Source: a virus
Virus record (IMG/VR): IMGVR_UViG_3300021405_000010
Location: 1-64,000 of that record
DNA: 64,000 nt
Strand: one strand, 5' to 3'
Positions 18,939-28,521 of the stretch are shown piece by piece (position 1 is the first letter of the stretch; the number at the start of each line of letters is the position of its first letter). The notes below the pieces were generated by a model that saw only the letters and a program-made list of their open reading frames with translations, made no database searches and had not been told where the DNA came from. The position numbers were made by a program, and so were the translations under genes.

Positions 18939-19823
18939 TTATTTCGGGGTCAGCTCGATGACGATCCTGGCCCGGTTCTCGTAGTTGATGGCGGCACTGC
19001 CCCCGCGCGCGCTAGCGATCAGGATCAGCTCATGGACATCGGTACTGTCCTCGATCGCTTTATTTTCAAACGCCACGGCTTTGTTTAAGGGCCAGTTCTT
19101 GTCGATGACGTAATAGGTCAGGTTGCGCATCATCTGGTCGTCGTACTCCGCCCAGTTGCGGATCTCGCGCTCGGTCATCGCTCGAGTGCCCTCCTCGATC
19201 GCCTGGGCGATCTGGGCCCCGCAGATTTTGCGGATCCGGTTGAGCGCGGCCTCGCCCTTCTCGGTCAGGACCAGGACGCCCTCCTGGGCTGGTGATTTCT
19301 TCCTGGCCGGTGGGCCCTGGCCATTCTCCTGGTCACCCATCTCAATCTCCACTTGGCCGCCCTCCTGGGCTTGGGCCTGGGCCGCGACCGGCTGGGCCGC
19401 CTCGGCCTGCTCGACGGCGTGCTTGACGTCTTCAGTGGTCAGGATTTTATCCTGGCCCTCGGCCCGGATAACGAGGTTATTCCAGACCGTGGCCCGAAGC
19501 TCGGGCTCCAGGCGCGACAGCTCCGCCGCCTGACTTTCATTGGCTGGCAGGGCCAGCCCCGCATCCTGGAGCTGCTGAACCGTCTGACTGACGGCAATAA
19601 TCCGCCGGTAGGTCCGCAGGTCGATCTGGAGAAACTCGGTGATGTATTCGCTGAAATCCGCCGTTTTCTCGGTGTATAATTCGTCCCGGTAAATCTTGTG
19701 CAGTTCCTTGGCGATCAAACAGGTAGCTTCCAGGCCCCTGCGAAACGCCGTCCTGATCTTAATTTCGCAATCCTCCAGCTGGGTCTTGCGAGCCGTGTCC
19801 GCCGATAAAGCTCGTGTGGTCAT
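18939..19823 (-). CDS. Helical DNA-binding protein (DUF3102/ParB-HTH-like)
   Basis: IAKEL.KI.RDELY....DFSEY...RTYRRII and LPANESQAAELSRL motifs; paralogue at 60243. Confidence 0.55.
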   Translation of the reverse strand: MTTRALSADTARKTQLEDCEIKIRTAFRRGLEATCLIAKELHKIYRDELYTEKTADFSEYITEFLQIDLRTYRRIIAVSQTVQQLQDAGLALPANESQAAELSRLEPELRATVWNNLVIRAEGQDKILTTEDVKHAVEQAEAAQPVAAQAQAQEGGQVEIEMGDQENGQGPPARKKSPAQEGVLVLTEKGEAALNRIRKICGAQIAQAIEEGTRAMTEREIRNWAEYDDQMMRNLTYYVIDKNWPLNKAVAFENKAIEDSTDVHELILIASARGGSAAINYENRARIVIELTPK

Positions 19824-19851
19824 CCCGCAACGTTAGTGAAAGCTCAGGCAT

Positions 19852-21009
19852 TTACCAAGGCTTCTCCATTTTGCTGAAAGCGATGGCCGATTCAAACGCT
19901 TCCGCGTCGGATTTCTGGGCGGAATTGACATTGTCCCAGACGGCCCTCACCTTGGGTAACCACTGGGACTCGATCGCCTGGAGTTCCGCGACCGAGAGGT
20001 CTCCCACGGTGCGGCCAACGAACTTGGGGTTTTTAAGCCCGGCGATGACGTGAAAGGCCCAGGGCTTGGCACTCTCCGCCGGGGGGCCGCCAGAAGCTTC
20101 GGCGGAAGCTTCTGGCGGGGGTTGTGCCGGTGGAATCTCACCCATGTCCAGGTCATCGGGCTCTTGGGGGGCCGGGGCCGATGCCGGGGCTGGAGGAGCG
20201 GCGGCGACAGGTTTGGGCGGTTCGGCACCAGCTGACATTTGTCCGCTGGTATCTGAGTAAGGACGGCCTTCCTTATCTTTTGGCTCAGCCGGAGCGGCGG
20301 CTTCGGCTGGAGTGGGCTTCTTGCCGGGCTTGGACTCGACGACCTTGATCCCCTTGGCGGCGGCCTGCTTTAAAAGCTCTTCTTCCTTGGCCCGGTTCTT
20401 AGTGATCTTCTCCTCGTCGTTGTACTGGTCAGCTTCCGAAACCCCGCCCTGGAGTTCCTCGGTGATGTAGAGGTTGCTGCACTGGTCCGGGAAGGCCCCT
20501 CTGAGCGCCTGGGCTTTCGCGCACTTACCCAGCATGAAATCCGGCAGGCGCTCCCAGAAATCGCTCACCTCCCAGCGGTTGGTGGCCTTGTTATAGGCCT
20601 GACCGCAGTACCCGGCCCACCGGGCGATCCCCACCTCCGGGTGGGTGCGCTCCTTGTGGAAAACGACACACTTGGCCGCCATGGGAAATTCATCCTCCAG
20701 CCACTCATCGCGCCAGACGCCGTCTTTCCCGGCCCAGGTGATCACTGACCCGTCGTAGTGGCCGGTGCGCGCGGCGATGGCCGTCAGGCCGATTACGCTG
20801 GTCACCGGCACCAGGGTGGGGACCTTATTGCCCTGCCGGTCCTTGTTGTAGCGCCTCGTGGCATAGATCTGCTTGGAAAAGGGATCCAGTAAAGTGCGCT
20901 GGCAGAGCCTGACAAAACTCTCCTGCTCATCCTCGGTGTAGCCCGAAAGCAGGGTGCGTTTAAGGACGGCGATTTCTTCGTCTGAGAGGAATGGGTTGTT
21001 GTCGTTCAT
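19852..21009 (-). CDS. bet: Single-strand annealing recombinase (Bet/RecT family)
   Basis: LDPFSKQIY, IAARTG.YDG and W...PD.MLGKCAKAQALRGAFP...LY..EE motifs. Confidence 0.88.
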   Translation of the reverse strand: MNDNNPFLSDEEIAVLKRTLLSGYTEDEQESFVRLCQRTLLDPFSKQIYATRRYNKDRQGNKVPTLVPVTSVIGLTAIAARTGHYDGSVITWAGKDGVWRDEWLEDEFPMAAKCVVFHKERTHPEVGIARWAGYCGQAYNKATNRWEVSDFWERLPDFMLGKCAKAQALRGAFPDQCSNLYITEELQGGVSEADQYNDEEKITKNRAKEEELLKQAAAKGIKVVESKPGKKPTPAEAAAPAEPKDKEGRPYSDTSGQMSAGAEPPKPVAAAPPAPASAPAPQEPDDLDMGEIPPAQPPPEASAEASGGPPAESAKPWAFHVIAGLKNPKFVGRTVGDLSVAELQAIESQWLPKVRAVWDNVNSAQKSDAEAFESAIAFSKMEKPW

Positions 21010-21839
21010 TGGATTCTTGAAGCTGCTTTGACGCTCACATTGAGTCGCTTGGTGATTTTGATGCCGGGCAAGGTAGGCTCTGCCTCGGGGTTAGATTCCA
21101 GCTGGCTTCTGACATTGTCCTGGCAGGCGCGGATGTCCAGCTCCCAGCGTAGCAAACGGTAGTGACCGGCCTGACAGACGGTCTGGACGCTGACCAACTC
21201 GAAGTCGTATTTGTGGTCAACCCGTCCGCCGGGGACAAGGCCCCTGGGCGCTTCGGCTGGCTGGCCCAGCTCTTCCACGTCCCGAGCCAGCTCCCTGGCC
21301 AGCTGCTGCTGCAAAAGCTGGTTCTCGCGCTTCGCGGCTTCTCCCTGCAAGAGGGCGCGAGCAACCTCGTCCTGGGCCTCGCGCAGCGCCTTCTGGGCCC
21401 GATCCCTCTCAGCCTCGGCTTCTCGGACCTTGCGATCGGCCTCGGCCTGGGCCAGCCGCTGACGTTCGGCTTCCTGGCGCTCTTTGGCTTTCTTGGCCGC
21501 CTCCAGCTTCGTCACGTACCCGTTTAAAAGCGCCAGGACTCGATTCTGCTCCTTTTCGACGGGCCCGGCTATCTCTTTGGCCAAATTGTTGATTGCCGCG
21601 CCCACAGCGTCAAATGGGAGCTTGGCGTGCTTCTTGGCGGCTGCGATCTCGTCCAGCATCGCTTTTAACTGCCCAGCCGCCGTGCGCGCGGCGGAAAAGG
21701 TGAGGTCGTCCTTGACCTCGGTAACGGCGCTCGTGGAGGCCACGATCGCCCTGGCCCTGGTGCGGTCATCGGGGTTGACGCGCACCTCCATGCCGGAAGC
21801 GGTGATGATTTCTTCACCAAAGAATGGCTGGATCTCCAT
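21006..21839 (-). CDS. Coiled-coil protein next to the recombinase
   Basis: K.PF...I...AKE...P pattern, ERQR coiled coil and LPGIKI C-terminus. Confidence 0.65.
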   Translation of the reverse strand: MEIQPFFGEEIITASGMEVRVNPDDRTRARAIVASTSAVTEVKDDLTFSAARTAAGQLKAMLDEIAAAKKHAKLPFDAVGAAINNLAKEIAGPVEKEQNRVLALLNGYVTKLEAAKKAKERQEAERQRLAQAEADRKVREAEAERDRAQKALREAQDEVARALLQGEAAKRENQLLQQQLARELARDVEELGQPAEAPRGLVPGGRVDHKYDFELVSVQTVCQAGHYRLLRWELDIRACQDNVRSQLESNPEAEPTLPGIKITKRLNVSVKAASRIQ

Positions 21840-21842
21840 GGA

Positions 21843-22196
21843 TTATCGGGTGGGCAGAACTTGGTCCACCATGTGCTTCAGCTCTTCCCAGTAGAAGTCG
21901 GTCGCCACTTCCAGCCGCTCGGCATTTTCCATGATGGTCTGCCGCATGTAGGGGAAGTAATCCGCGAGGTTGGCCCGGGCGTGCCGGGTGGCTCGCAAGA
22001 GGACGAGGTGCATCCGCTGGGCTTCTTTCAAGCGAAAGTATCCGCCGCCCAGGATGTTTTTCATCTTGGCCCGGTCGGGCCCCACGGCGACAGCCTTGAT
22101 GTGGTCCGCCATGGGAATCATCGCGGCACTCAAACCACTGACCTCCTCCGGGGAATGCTTATAGAAGATGTGAGCGTCGATTTTCGTTTGTATCAT
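21843..22196 (-). CDS. Hypothetical protein
   Basis: Fills the operon position. Confidence 0.55.
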   Translation of the reverse strand: MIQTKIDAHIFYKHSPEEVSGLSAAMIPMADHIKAVAVGPDRAKMKNILGGGYFRLKEAQRMHLVLLRATRHARANLADYFPYMRQTIMENAERLEVATDFYWEELKHMVDQVLPTR

Positions 22197-22259
22197 TTTC
22201 GCACCTCGTGGTCCAATAAGATGGGTATAACTATCAGGAACTACTCACATGCTCAACGT

Positions 22260-22586
22260 TTAAATTCGATAATCTTTGTCGATGACAAAACCCAGCTCCC
22301 GGGCCGCTCGGCCATGGCTCTCGATCCAGTCGTGGCACCATCGGCAGACCGGCATCCAGTAGCGTTGATCCAGGAGGAGAGCGCCTTCGCAGCCCATCTT
22401 GTGATGAACGTCAAAGGTCGGGCGGATAGTCATCGACGCTGGCCATAACGTGATACAGCACAGGCACCAGGGGTTCTGCCGCTTAAAGACCCTGACGTCG
22501 CGGCTGTACTGGGCCCTCTGCCTCGCGCGCCTGGGGGTAACTCTCCGGATCGGCTTGGACCTCCGGATCGGCTTGGACCGTTTCAT
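22260..22586 (-). CDS. HNH-like nuclease
   Basis: CLCC...DVHHK.G....W.PVCRWCHDWIE.H...ARELG motif. Confidence 0.7.
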   Translation of the reverse strand: MKRSKPIRRSKPIRRVTPRRARQRAQYSRDVRVFKRQNPWCLCCITLWPASMTIRPTFDVHHKMGCEGALLLDQRYWMPVCRWCHDWIESHGRAARELGFVIDKDYRI

Positions 22587-22731
22587 TGATTGAGACCGGC
22601 TCCCAGTCGCCTTCAAAAGTATAGCCTTCGTCGATGACGTGCTGGATGTGATCCAGGGCCACCTGTTCACTAGTCCACGGGCCGATCGGTTCCGCGTCAA
22701 CCGTAAAGACGACAGTGATCTTGTGGGTCAT
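22483..22731 (-). CDS. Hypothetical acidic protein
   Basis: ATGA-coupled to the upstream gene. Confidence 0.5.
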   Translation of the reverse strand: MTHKITVVFTVDAEPIGPWTSEQVALDHIQHVIDEGYTFEGDWEPVSINETVQADPEVQADPESYPQAREAEGPVQPRRQGL

Positions 22732-23096
22732 ACCAGGACGACTGAAGGATGGGGCAGCGGCTCATCAAGTGGAAGCCAAATATGCAGGCACCATTCGCAG
22801 TCGTTGATATAATCATCCTTGGCCGGGAAGAACTGAACACACCAGTCCTCATCGGCAAAGAAGAGATCCTTGGCCCTGGTCATGATCTCCCAGCTGGGTA
22901 TCTTTTTGTACTGGGCGTTACTGATCGAGAGATGCTTCCAGCCCAGCCCGTCGCTAATCCGGATCAGGAACAGATCCCCATCCAGGGGGACCAGGAAAGA
23001 GCCGTTCCAGCCGTCTACATCTTCGGTGGCCAGTACACCTTTCCTGATCCGCCAGCGGTTGGCCTTGATCAGTTTCTCAAGAGCTGTGCCCGGCAT
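22728..23096 (-). CDS. Conserved phage protein (DUF7694-like)
   Basis: GWKHLSIS...PSWEIM..AKDLFF...QFFP...YIN...CLHIW motif. Confidence 0.7.
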   Translation of the reverse strand: MPGTALEKLIKANRWRIRKGVLATEDVDGWNGSFLVPLDGDLFLIRISDGLGWKHLSISNAQYKKIPSWEIMTRAKDLFFADEDWCVQFFPAKDDYINDCEWCLHIWLPLDEPLPHPSVVLV

Positions 23097-23541
23097 AATG
23101 CTCCTGCACCACTTTGGTCACGCCTTCTTTAAGAGAATCTTCCCACTCCCGCTGTTTGGGGGTGAGCCGCTCGCGCCGGGCCCGTTCCTTGGCGAGGCGC
23201 TTGGCCTCCCTGGACAGGCTCCCAGCCGCGATCAGGGTGGGCACCTTCTTGCGCTTGACCAGGGTGTAGTACTCGGTGCGCTGGATCATGGCAAGGTACT
23301 GGGTGCGGGTGGGCGGCGGATAACGGTCCAGGTGCGCCTGGAGGAATTCTCCGAAGTGTTTACTGCCAGATCCGGCGCGCAACCGCTCGATTGTATCGTG
23401 CCGGAGCACGCAGGTAATTTGCCCAAAGTGCGCCTTATCGGGCTTTGGGGGCCTTCCGTGGTGAGTGTCGTTGTTGATTTTTTTTGATTTGGTCGGCATA
23501 AAAAAGTCGGGTGTAAAATGTGCGCAAAGCGGTGGGATCAA
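23077..23541 (-). CDS. Basic hypothetical protein, possibly DNA-binding
   Basis: GRPPKP followed by an RHH-like ITCVLRHDTIERL segment; start likely near 23499. Confidence 0.5.
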   Translation of the reverse strand: MIPPLCAHFTPDFFMPTKSKKINNDTHHGRPPKPDKAHFGQITCVLRHDTIERLRAGSGSKHFGEFLQAHLDRYPPPTRTQYLAMIQRTEYYTLVKRKKVPTLIAAGSLSREAKRLAKERARRERLTPKQREWEDSLKEGVTKVVQEHYAGHSS

Positions 23542-23616
23542 TTATCTCTCCAGACTGGCCATTGGCCAGCAGGAAACTTATCCCGCTGGCTCGTGCGCCT
23601 TCAAGCGAGCGCCAGT

Positions 23617-24123
23617 CTAGCGCGCCGTGGCGGACGTAGTTGCCCATTCGACTGACTCCAGGACTTCCAGCAGTTTCTCGATGGTCTCGTGGCCGTTGAT
23701 CCGGATCGAGTTGGTGTACTCGGAATTAAACGGGTCATGATAGCTGCGGCCAGTGGCCGGTGCGGCGAGGCCGGTGATCTCGTAGAGCTTGGCTTGGAGC
23801 CGCGCCTGGACGGCCTCCTCGTGGGCCTGGGTCTCTTTGCGGATCCTGTCCGCCTCTTCCTGCTTGGCCTTCAGCTCGGCGTGCTCCTGGTAGGGACTGA
23901 TCACGGCCTCGGGGCTAACTGAGCGGGTGCGATCCTCGTCGGTGCCCGGCATGTCGCCTTCCGCGATTATTCCGATGATCGTGTTGGTGGTATCGCCCGG
24001 GCTGCCCTTCTTCTGGGTGCGGCGTGTCACGCTCTGGATCTCTGTCACCTTGAACCGGACGGTGCCGTGGTTGGGCGTGTTAACGGCGTAGAGGTCGCCA
24101 ATGACGATCTTGGATGTTTGCAT
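23617..24123 (-). CDS. Hypothetical early protein
   Basis: ORF in the early minus-strand block. Confidence 0.6.
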   Translation of the reverse strand: MQTSKIVIGDLYAVNTPNHGTVRFKVTEIQSVTRRTQKKGSPGDTTNTIIGIIAEGDMPGTDEDRTRSVSPEAVISPYQEHAELKAKQEEADRIRKETQAHEEAVQARLQAKLYEITGLAAPATGRSYHDPFNSEYTNSIRINGHETIEKLLEVLESVEWATTSATAR

Positions 24124-24326
24124 TAGGCGACTGCTCCCGGTTGCTGCAACAGTGCGGCGATGTTGTATTCGGCTTTGGCTATCCTGCGGGTAGCTTCCAC
24201 TCGTGCTTCAGGACATTTCGTACACCCGTATTGATCACGGTTAGCGTCGATGATGGCGATCCGGGCGGTTTCTTCCGCGATGATGCGGATATTCTTGGCA
24301 ATTGCTTTGGCGAATTTAGCTTGCAT
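24123..24326 (-). CDS. Hypothetical early protein
   Basis: Coupled ORF. Confidence 0.55.
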   Translation of the reverse strand: MQAKFAKAIAKNIRIIAEETARIAIIDANRDQYGCTKCPEARVEATRRIAKAEYNIAALLQQPGAVA

Positions 24327-24362
24327 AAAAAAAGGTTAGCCGGAGGGATAGAACCTCCGGCT
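24327..24362 (-). terminator. Intrinsic terminator-like hairpin
   Basis: AGCCGGAGG/CCTCCGGCT 9-bp stem followed by a U7 tract on the minus strand. Confidence 0.55.
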
Positions 24363-24379
24363 GGTGTAAAGCATGCTTT

Positions 24380-25180
24380 TTAGTTTTTGCTGAACAGCTC
24401 AGCGCACTCCCAGAGCTGGGTGTTGATCCGCGCTGACTCGGTGATCGACTTGATCGCCCGGGCCTTGCGTGCGCTCGACCACTCGGTGCCGTTCTGGACC
24501 AGCCGGTAGATCGGGTAGCCGCCCCGCAGGAGCCACTCCTGGGCCCGGTTAAACACGCGCCAGAGGTCAGCGCCGTCATCCTCGTACCGCTGGCTGGCGA
24601 GGATGTCCTCGATCGCTACAGTGCCGTCTGGCTCGTCGCCGTGCCGGATCTGGATGGCTTGGCGGACGAACTCGGTGGCGGCGGCTGGGGACATCTCGGT
24701 CTCCTTGAACTTGCGGATATGGGTGGCGATCTGGTCCACGTTCTCGCGGTAGGACTGAGCGACCAGGACGATCTCCTCGATCGTCTTATTGCCCCGGTGC
24801 GGGATCGTGACGGATTGGACCAAGCCCTCGGGCACTCGCATGCCATTCTTGCAGATCAGGCGTTCCAGCCCGGCCTGCATCCGGAAGGCTCCAGAGCCAT
24901 CGTGGGCGTTGCCCAGGTAGAACTGGGGTTTGACATCCCCCACGTTCTTCATCTGGATCGCCGGATCGCTCAAGGTGATCTCGTGCCGGGCGAAGAGCGG
25001 ATTGCGTGACCGGCTGTAGGATTGTTTGGCATCGACGACTGCCCAGTTGTCCTTGACCAGGACTTCGAGCACGTCGCGGGTGGAGATGAAGTTGTACGAC
25101 TCGGAAGTCGTAATAATGTTGCGCGCGGTCGCTAAAGCGGCTGGCGCGCGTCGGAGTAGGTTGGTATCTAGAACTTGCAT
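24380..25180 (-). CDS. DUF932/DUF945 family protein
   Basis: NAHDGSGAFRMQAGL.RLIC.NG and R.EDD..DLWRVFNRAQE motifs. Confidence 0.85.
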   Translation of the reverse strand: MQVLDTNLLRRAPAALATARNIITTSESYNFISTRDVLEVLVKDNWAVVDAKQSYSRSRNPLFARHEITLSDPAIQMKNVGDVKPQFYLGNAHDGSGAFRMQAGLERLICKNGMRVPEGLVQSVTIPHRGNKTIEEIVLVAQSYRENVDQIATHIRKFKETEMSPAAATEFVRQAIQIRHGDEPDGTVAIEDILASQRYEDDGADLWRVFNRAQEWLLRGGYPIYRLVQNGTEWSSARKARAIKSITESARINTQLWECAELFSKN

Positions 25181-25186
25181 ACGGGT

Positions 25187-25215
25187 ATTCTCAATTAGGA
25201 AATGATGTTTGTCAA
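25187..25215 (-). promoter_or_regulatory. sigma70-like promoter TTGACA-N17-GAGAAT, 6 nt before ATG
   Basis: Read from the reverse complement; spacer contains TTTCCTAATT (box C half-site). Confidence 0.65.
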
Positions 25216-25225
25216 GTGGGAAAGT

Positions 25226-25510
25226 TTATTGCCGTTTGCTGGCTTCGTATTCGGCTATTTCGGCGGCAATGCCGAGAGTCGGGGCCGAGCCAAGCGGATC
25301 CGGCCACCAGGGAGTGGCAGGCCCGATGCGCCAGAGGTCATGATAATAAAACTTCCCATCCATCTGGGAGACGCCCATTCCGATGCGCTCAAAGAGCCAG
25401 CGGGGGATCTGTCGCTTCCCCGGCTTTCTCGCAACGCGGCTCCGCTCTCTCTTGGCCTTGGTTTTCCCCGATATCTTGACTGTCGGGATTTTGGCGATCA
25501 GGGCGCTCAA
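25226..25510 (-). CDS. Hypothetical basic protein
   Basis: ORF in the early block; start uncertain. Confidence 0.45.
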   Translation of the reverse strand: MSALIAKIPTVKISGKTKAKRERSRVARKPGKRQIPRWLFERIGMGVSQMDGKFYYHDLWRIGPATPWWPDPLGSAPTLGIAAEIAEYEASKRQ

Positions 25511-25563
25511 CTGTACGCCGTTGATCCTCGACTCTTTTCCATTCTGGATTCATAAGTATGTTT

Positions 25564-26091
25564 TTACGCGAAGACCAGGATAACGCCCTCGGTCTCAAGG
25601 GTGATCACTATCTTGATTTTTCGGTTGGCTCGGATCTCTTCAATCACGTCCCGGTGCCGGATCCGGTTGCAGATCCTGGCAATGAAAACACCGCCCGGCT
25701 CCAGGTAGGGCTCCAGGCGTTTGAGCAGGGCTGGAACGCTCCTGGCGTAGTAGATCGATTCCCGGAAGAGGATCACGTCGTATTTGCGCGTCGGCAGGTA
25801 GCCATCCATGTCCGCAACCTGGAACTGGTGTTGAGGATTTCTGGCCATGGCTTTAGCAATAGCCTCTTTGGCGAAGTCCACTCCGGTGTAGGTGGTGAAC
25901 GCCATCTCGGCAGGCGTGCGGCCCGAGCCGCATCCGATCTCCAGGACTGAGCCAGGGTATCTCTGGAGCACTGGATAGATAGGGTCACCCTTGGTCTCCT
26001 GGTCCCAGGCGTCAGTCTTAAACTCCTGGTTCCAGGCGGTGGCCTTGGCCCCCAATGTTTTCAGTATTCTGCTGATCAACTTCATAAGCAT
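25564..26091 (-). CDS. Class I SAM-dependent methyltransferase
   Basis: SVLEIGCGSG, YTGVDF, YDVILFRESIYY and LEPGGVFI motifs. Confidence 0.85.
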   Translation of the reverse strand: MLMKLISRILKTLGAKATAWNQEFKTDAWDQETKGDPIYPVLQRYPGSVLEIGCGSGRTPAEMAFTTYTGVDFAKEAIAKAMARNPQHQFQVADMDGYLPTRKYDVILFRESIYYARSVPALLKRLEPYLEPGGVFIARICNRIRHRDVIEEIRANRKIKIVITLETEGVILVFA

Positions 26092-26096
26092 GCTTT

Positions 26097-26294
26097 TTAC
26101 AGGCTCCTCCAATTCCTCTTGCACCGTTGGAGCCAGTTCTCCCGGGCGATGGCAGCGCGCTCAGCGTCTTCCTGGTCTTCCCTGGCGCGTTGCGCGGGGC
26201 CTAGACCCTGTCGCCGGATCTGTTCCAGCAGTTCGTTAGTCTCCTCCTGCTGTGCGCGAATGCTCCGCAGTTGGAAAAATTCAATCAGGCTCAT
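26097..26294 (-). CDS. Small helical protein
   Basis: QEETNELL...PAQRARE motif shared with 60851-61048. Confidence 0.5.
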   Translation of the reverse strand: MSLIEFFQLRSIRAQQEETNELLEQIRRQGLGPAQRAREDQEDAERAAIARENWLQRCKRNWRSL

Positions 26295-26559
26295 AAATCA
26301 GGTATTTTGATCGTAGCTGCGTTCGTCCTCGTAATCGACCTGGGAGTCGAGCTGCATCCAGGCTTCTTTGAGGGCATGGCTGATGTTGGGGTACTGGCCT
26401 TCTTGGTCGTCGATCAGGTCGATCGCCTCTTGGACCAGCTGGGCCGCGCGTTCAAGGCGTTCAAAGTTGGTGATCATAGGTTGACGATGTCGTCAAAGAT
26501 TTGCTTGATCGCCCGGTAGGCGATGTAGAAGAAGAGGAGGACGAGAATAGACATATGAT

Positions 26560-26588
26560 ATTATACGGTTGTTTCCTGATTAGGTAAA
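26560..26588 (-). promoter_or_regulatory. sigma70-like promoter TTTACC-N17-TATAAT, 5 nt before ATG
   Basis: Overlaps palindromic box C (CCTAATCAGG). Confidence 0.65.
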
Positions 26589-26773
26589 GCGATGTGTTTA
26601 GTCTCCCGGTGATTCTTCTGGCGGCAGGCGTCAGAGCAGAACCACCGATCGATCCGCGAGCCCGGCGGTAAGGGGCCATTGCACTGCAGGCATTCTCGTG
26701 GGTTCTCGGTCTCAAATTCGGCGCGTTTAGCCGCGCGCCATCGGCGTTTGTATTCGGCCCGGCGGCGAGCCAT
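26561..26773 (-). CDS. Small Zn-finger protein
   Basis: CLQC...FCSDACRQ motif. Confidence 0.6.
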   Translation of the reverse strand: MARRRAEYKRRWRAAKRAEFETENPRECLQCNGPLPPGSRIDRWFCSDACRQKNHRETKHIALPNQETTV

Positions 26774-26777
26774 TACT

Positions 26778-27026
26778 TTAGTCCGCTTGGTAGTTGAAGT
26801 AGAAGCGCGGCATGTGCTGGAATTCCAAGCTGCCCTTCTGGCCGGTCACCTTGTCTCTGACAACCACGTAGGGAGCCATAAAGCCGATCACCTCATACTG
26901 AGAGGCGCGCAGCTCGTCGGTGCTCCATACTTGGCCGTAGAGGGCTTCCAGCTCGGCCCGTGGGCCAGCTTCACTGTTCAGCTCGGCTTGGCGAGCACGT
27001 CGGATTGATTCGGTTTCGTCTTGCAT
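26778..27026 (-). CDS. Conserved hypothetical protein
   Basis: YGQVWSTDEL...GFMAPYVVVR...GSLEFQH.PRFYF. Confidence 0.65.
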   Translation of the reverse strand: MQDETESIRRARQAELNSEAGPRAELEALYGQVWSTDELRASQYEVIGFMAPYVVVRDKVTGQKGSLEFQHMPRFYFNYQAD

Positions 27027-27040
27027 ACGTTCCTTTTGGT

Positions 27041-27358
27041 TTACTTGGTTTTGGCCCACTGATCGAGGGCATCGCAGCAGGTGCGAAGCTGCGATCCGCG
27101 CCCGTACTTGGCCTGATACTTCACACCCAGGTGATCACAGATCTGCATGGCCAGATCATGGGCATCGGCTCCCCTGGCGCTTTTGGCACCGTCATGGAGA
27201 GTCAGGCCCTTGGGTTCATTCGGGCTGGCGTAGGCGATGTAGGTGACAGGCGTGAGCCCGAAAGGCTCGGCCAGCTTTTGCGCGCCTTCCTCAGAGAGGA
27301 AAGCGTGGTCGTATTGGCGAAGCTCGTCGATCGCCTTGGTGAGTTTGTCGTTTGGCAT
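27041..27358 (-). CDS. Hypothetical early protein
   Basis: ORF in the early block. Confidence 0.6.
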   Translation of the reverse strand: MPNDKLTKAIDELRQYDHAFLSEEGAQKLAEPFGLTPVTYIAYASPNEPKGLTLHDGAKSARGADAHDLAMQICDHLGVKYQAKYGRGSQLRTCCDALDQWAKTK

Positions 27359-27437
27359 TTGGTTGGTTTGGCGGCTGGGTTGAAGTCGCGCCTAGCAGCC
27401 CCGCTGGCGTGCCTGTGGGGCTGCTGTGGCGCGTTTG

Positions 27438-27710
27438 TCAGGCATTCTTGAGGATTGTCCTGACGTGAACCGGCTTGATGACTCCTGGGCCGCCGTAGGC
27501 CTCCGCGAGGTAGTCAAGGGTGCGCGGCATGAAATGATTGGAATAGACGGCTGTGGTGAGCGGCCTGATCGCCTTATAGTGGACTCGGTCCTGGGCGTTG
27601 AGGGCCGCCACCATTGTATAGTGACGGCTGATGACGGCTCCCAGCCATCCGGGCCCACGCGGAGCGTAGTCAGGGTTGATCAGGATGTAGTAGGTTTTCA
27701 TGGAAGGCAT
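27438..27710 (-). CDS. Hypothetical early protein
   Basis: ORF flanked by hairpins. Confidence 0.55.
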   Translation of the reverse strand: MPSMKTYYILINPDYAPRGPGWLGAVISRHYTMVAALNAQDRVHYKAIRPLTTAVYSNHFMPRTLDYLAEAYGGPGVIKPVHVRTILKNA

Positions 27711-27754
27711 GCTTTTGGTTGTGGGGCCCGGTTGCCCGGGCCCGTGTTACGGCT

Positions 27755-28198
27755 CTACAGGTCCAGCCCCATCAGCTCGCGGCAATATTGGCCCAGGCCG
27801 GAGTCAATCGACTCAGGGACAGTCAGCGTGCGGCCACAGCGTCCACAGCGGCCTTCATGGCGGATCACCAGCTGAGCCGGGATTGCATCGCCATGGTCGA
27901 AGTTCCAGAAGTAGTTGAAGGCCTTCCAGCTGGGGGCATCGATGCTGACTCGTGAGTTCTTGGTCAGCATGAAACGGCCATCGCGGATCAGGCCCAGGTA
28001 GCGGAAATCGTTCTCGTTGTCGGGCCCGGAGAGGAGGTTGACGAAGTGGACCGTGTCGCGGCCTTCCTCGGATTTCTCGCGCACCTTGAAGGTGAAATGC
28101 GCGCCGGTTTTCAGGCTCTCCAGCGTGATGGTGGCGTTGCCTGCCAGCGTGAACGTCTTGGCGTCAGCGATGCTGGCGAAGTGGTGGTTGACTTGCAT
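27755..28198 (-). CDS. DUF6011-type protein
   Basis: AGNATITL.S.KTG.HFTFKV, GPDNE.D..YLG and HEGRCGRCGRTLTVPESI.SG.G..C motifs. Confidence 0.8.
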   Translation of the reverse strand: MQVNHHFASIADAKTFTLAGNATITLESLKTGAHFTFKVREKSEEGRDTVHFVNLLSGPDNENDFRYLGLIRDGRFMLTKNSRVSIDAPSWKAFNYFWNFDHGDAIPAQLVIRHEGRCGRCGRTLTVPESIDSGLGQYCRELMGLDL

Positions 28199-28248
28199 AC
28201 GATTTTGGGGTGGGTTTGGGGCCCCCTCGGAGAGCCCCGGTTAAAAGT

Positions 28249-28482
28249 TTAGGAGTGAAAACCGGCGGCGTTCAGCGCGCTATTGGTGCGGAGCAGGAAG
28301 GTCGCGGCGGACTTGAGATTCTTGCGGGATTGCTCCAGCCAGTACCGCCGGTCAGCGTTCAGCTCGTGGGCGATCGCGACATTGAGCAGATGCACCATGC
28401 CGTCCAGGGCTTCCTGGGCGGTGGTGTTGGGGGTTTGCCAGTCAGTGACTAGGCTTTCGTAGTTGGAAACAGGAACTTGCAT
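28249..28482 (-). CDS. Hypothetical early protein
   Basis: ATG 6 nt after a box-C-containing promoter-like element. Confidence 0.55.
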   Translation of the reverse strand: MQVPVSNYESLVTDWQTPNTTAQEALDGMVHLLNVAIAHELNADRRYWLEQSRKNLKSAATFLLRTNSALNAAGFHS

Positions 28483-28521
28483 ACGGGTATATAACGACAC
28501 TTTCCTAATTAGGTAAAGCGA

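Noticed and set aside
22543-22578. 18-bp tandem duplication read in two overlapping frames
   Set aside because: Most simply a slippage duplication in a low-complexity gene overlap
24335-24375. tRNA fragment or attachment site
   Set aside because: Only a single hairpin with a U-tract; better explained as a terminator
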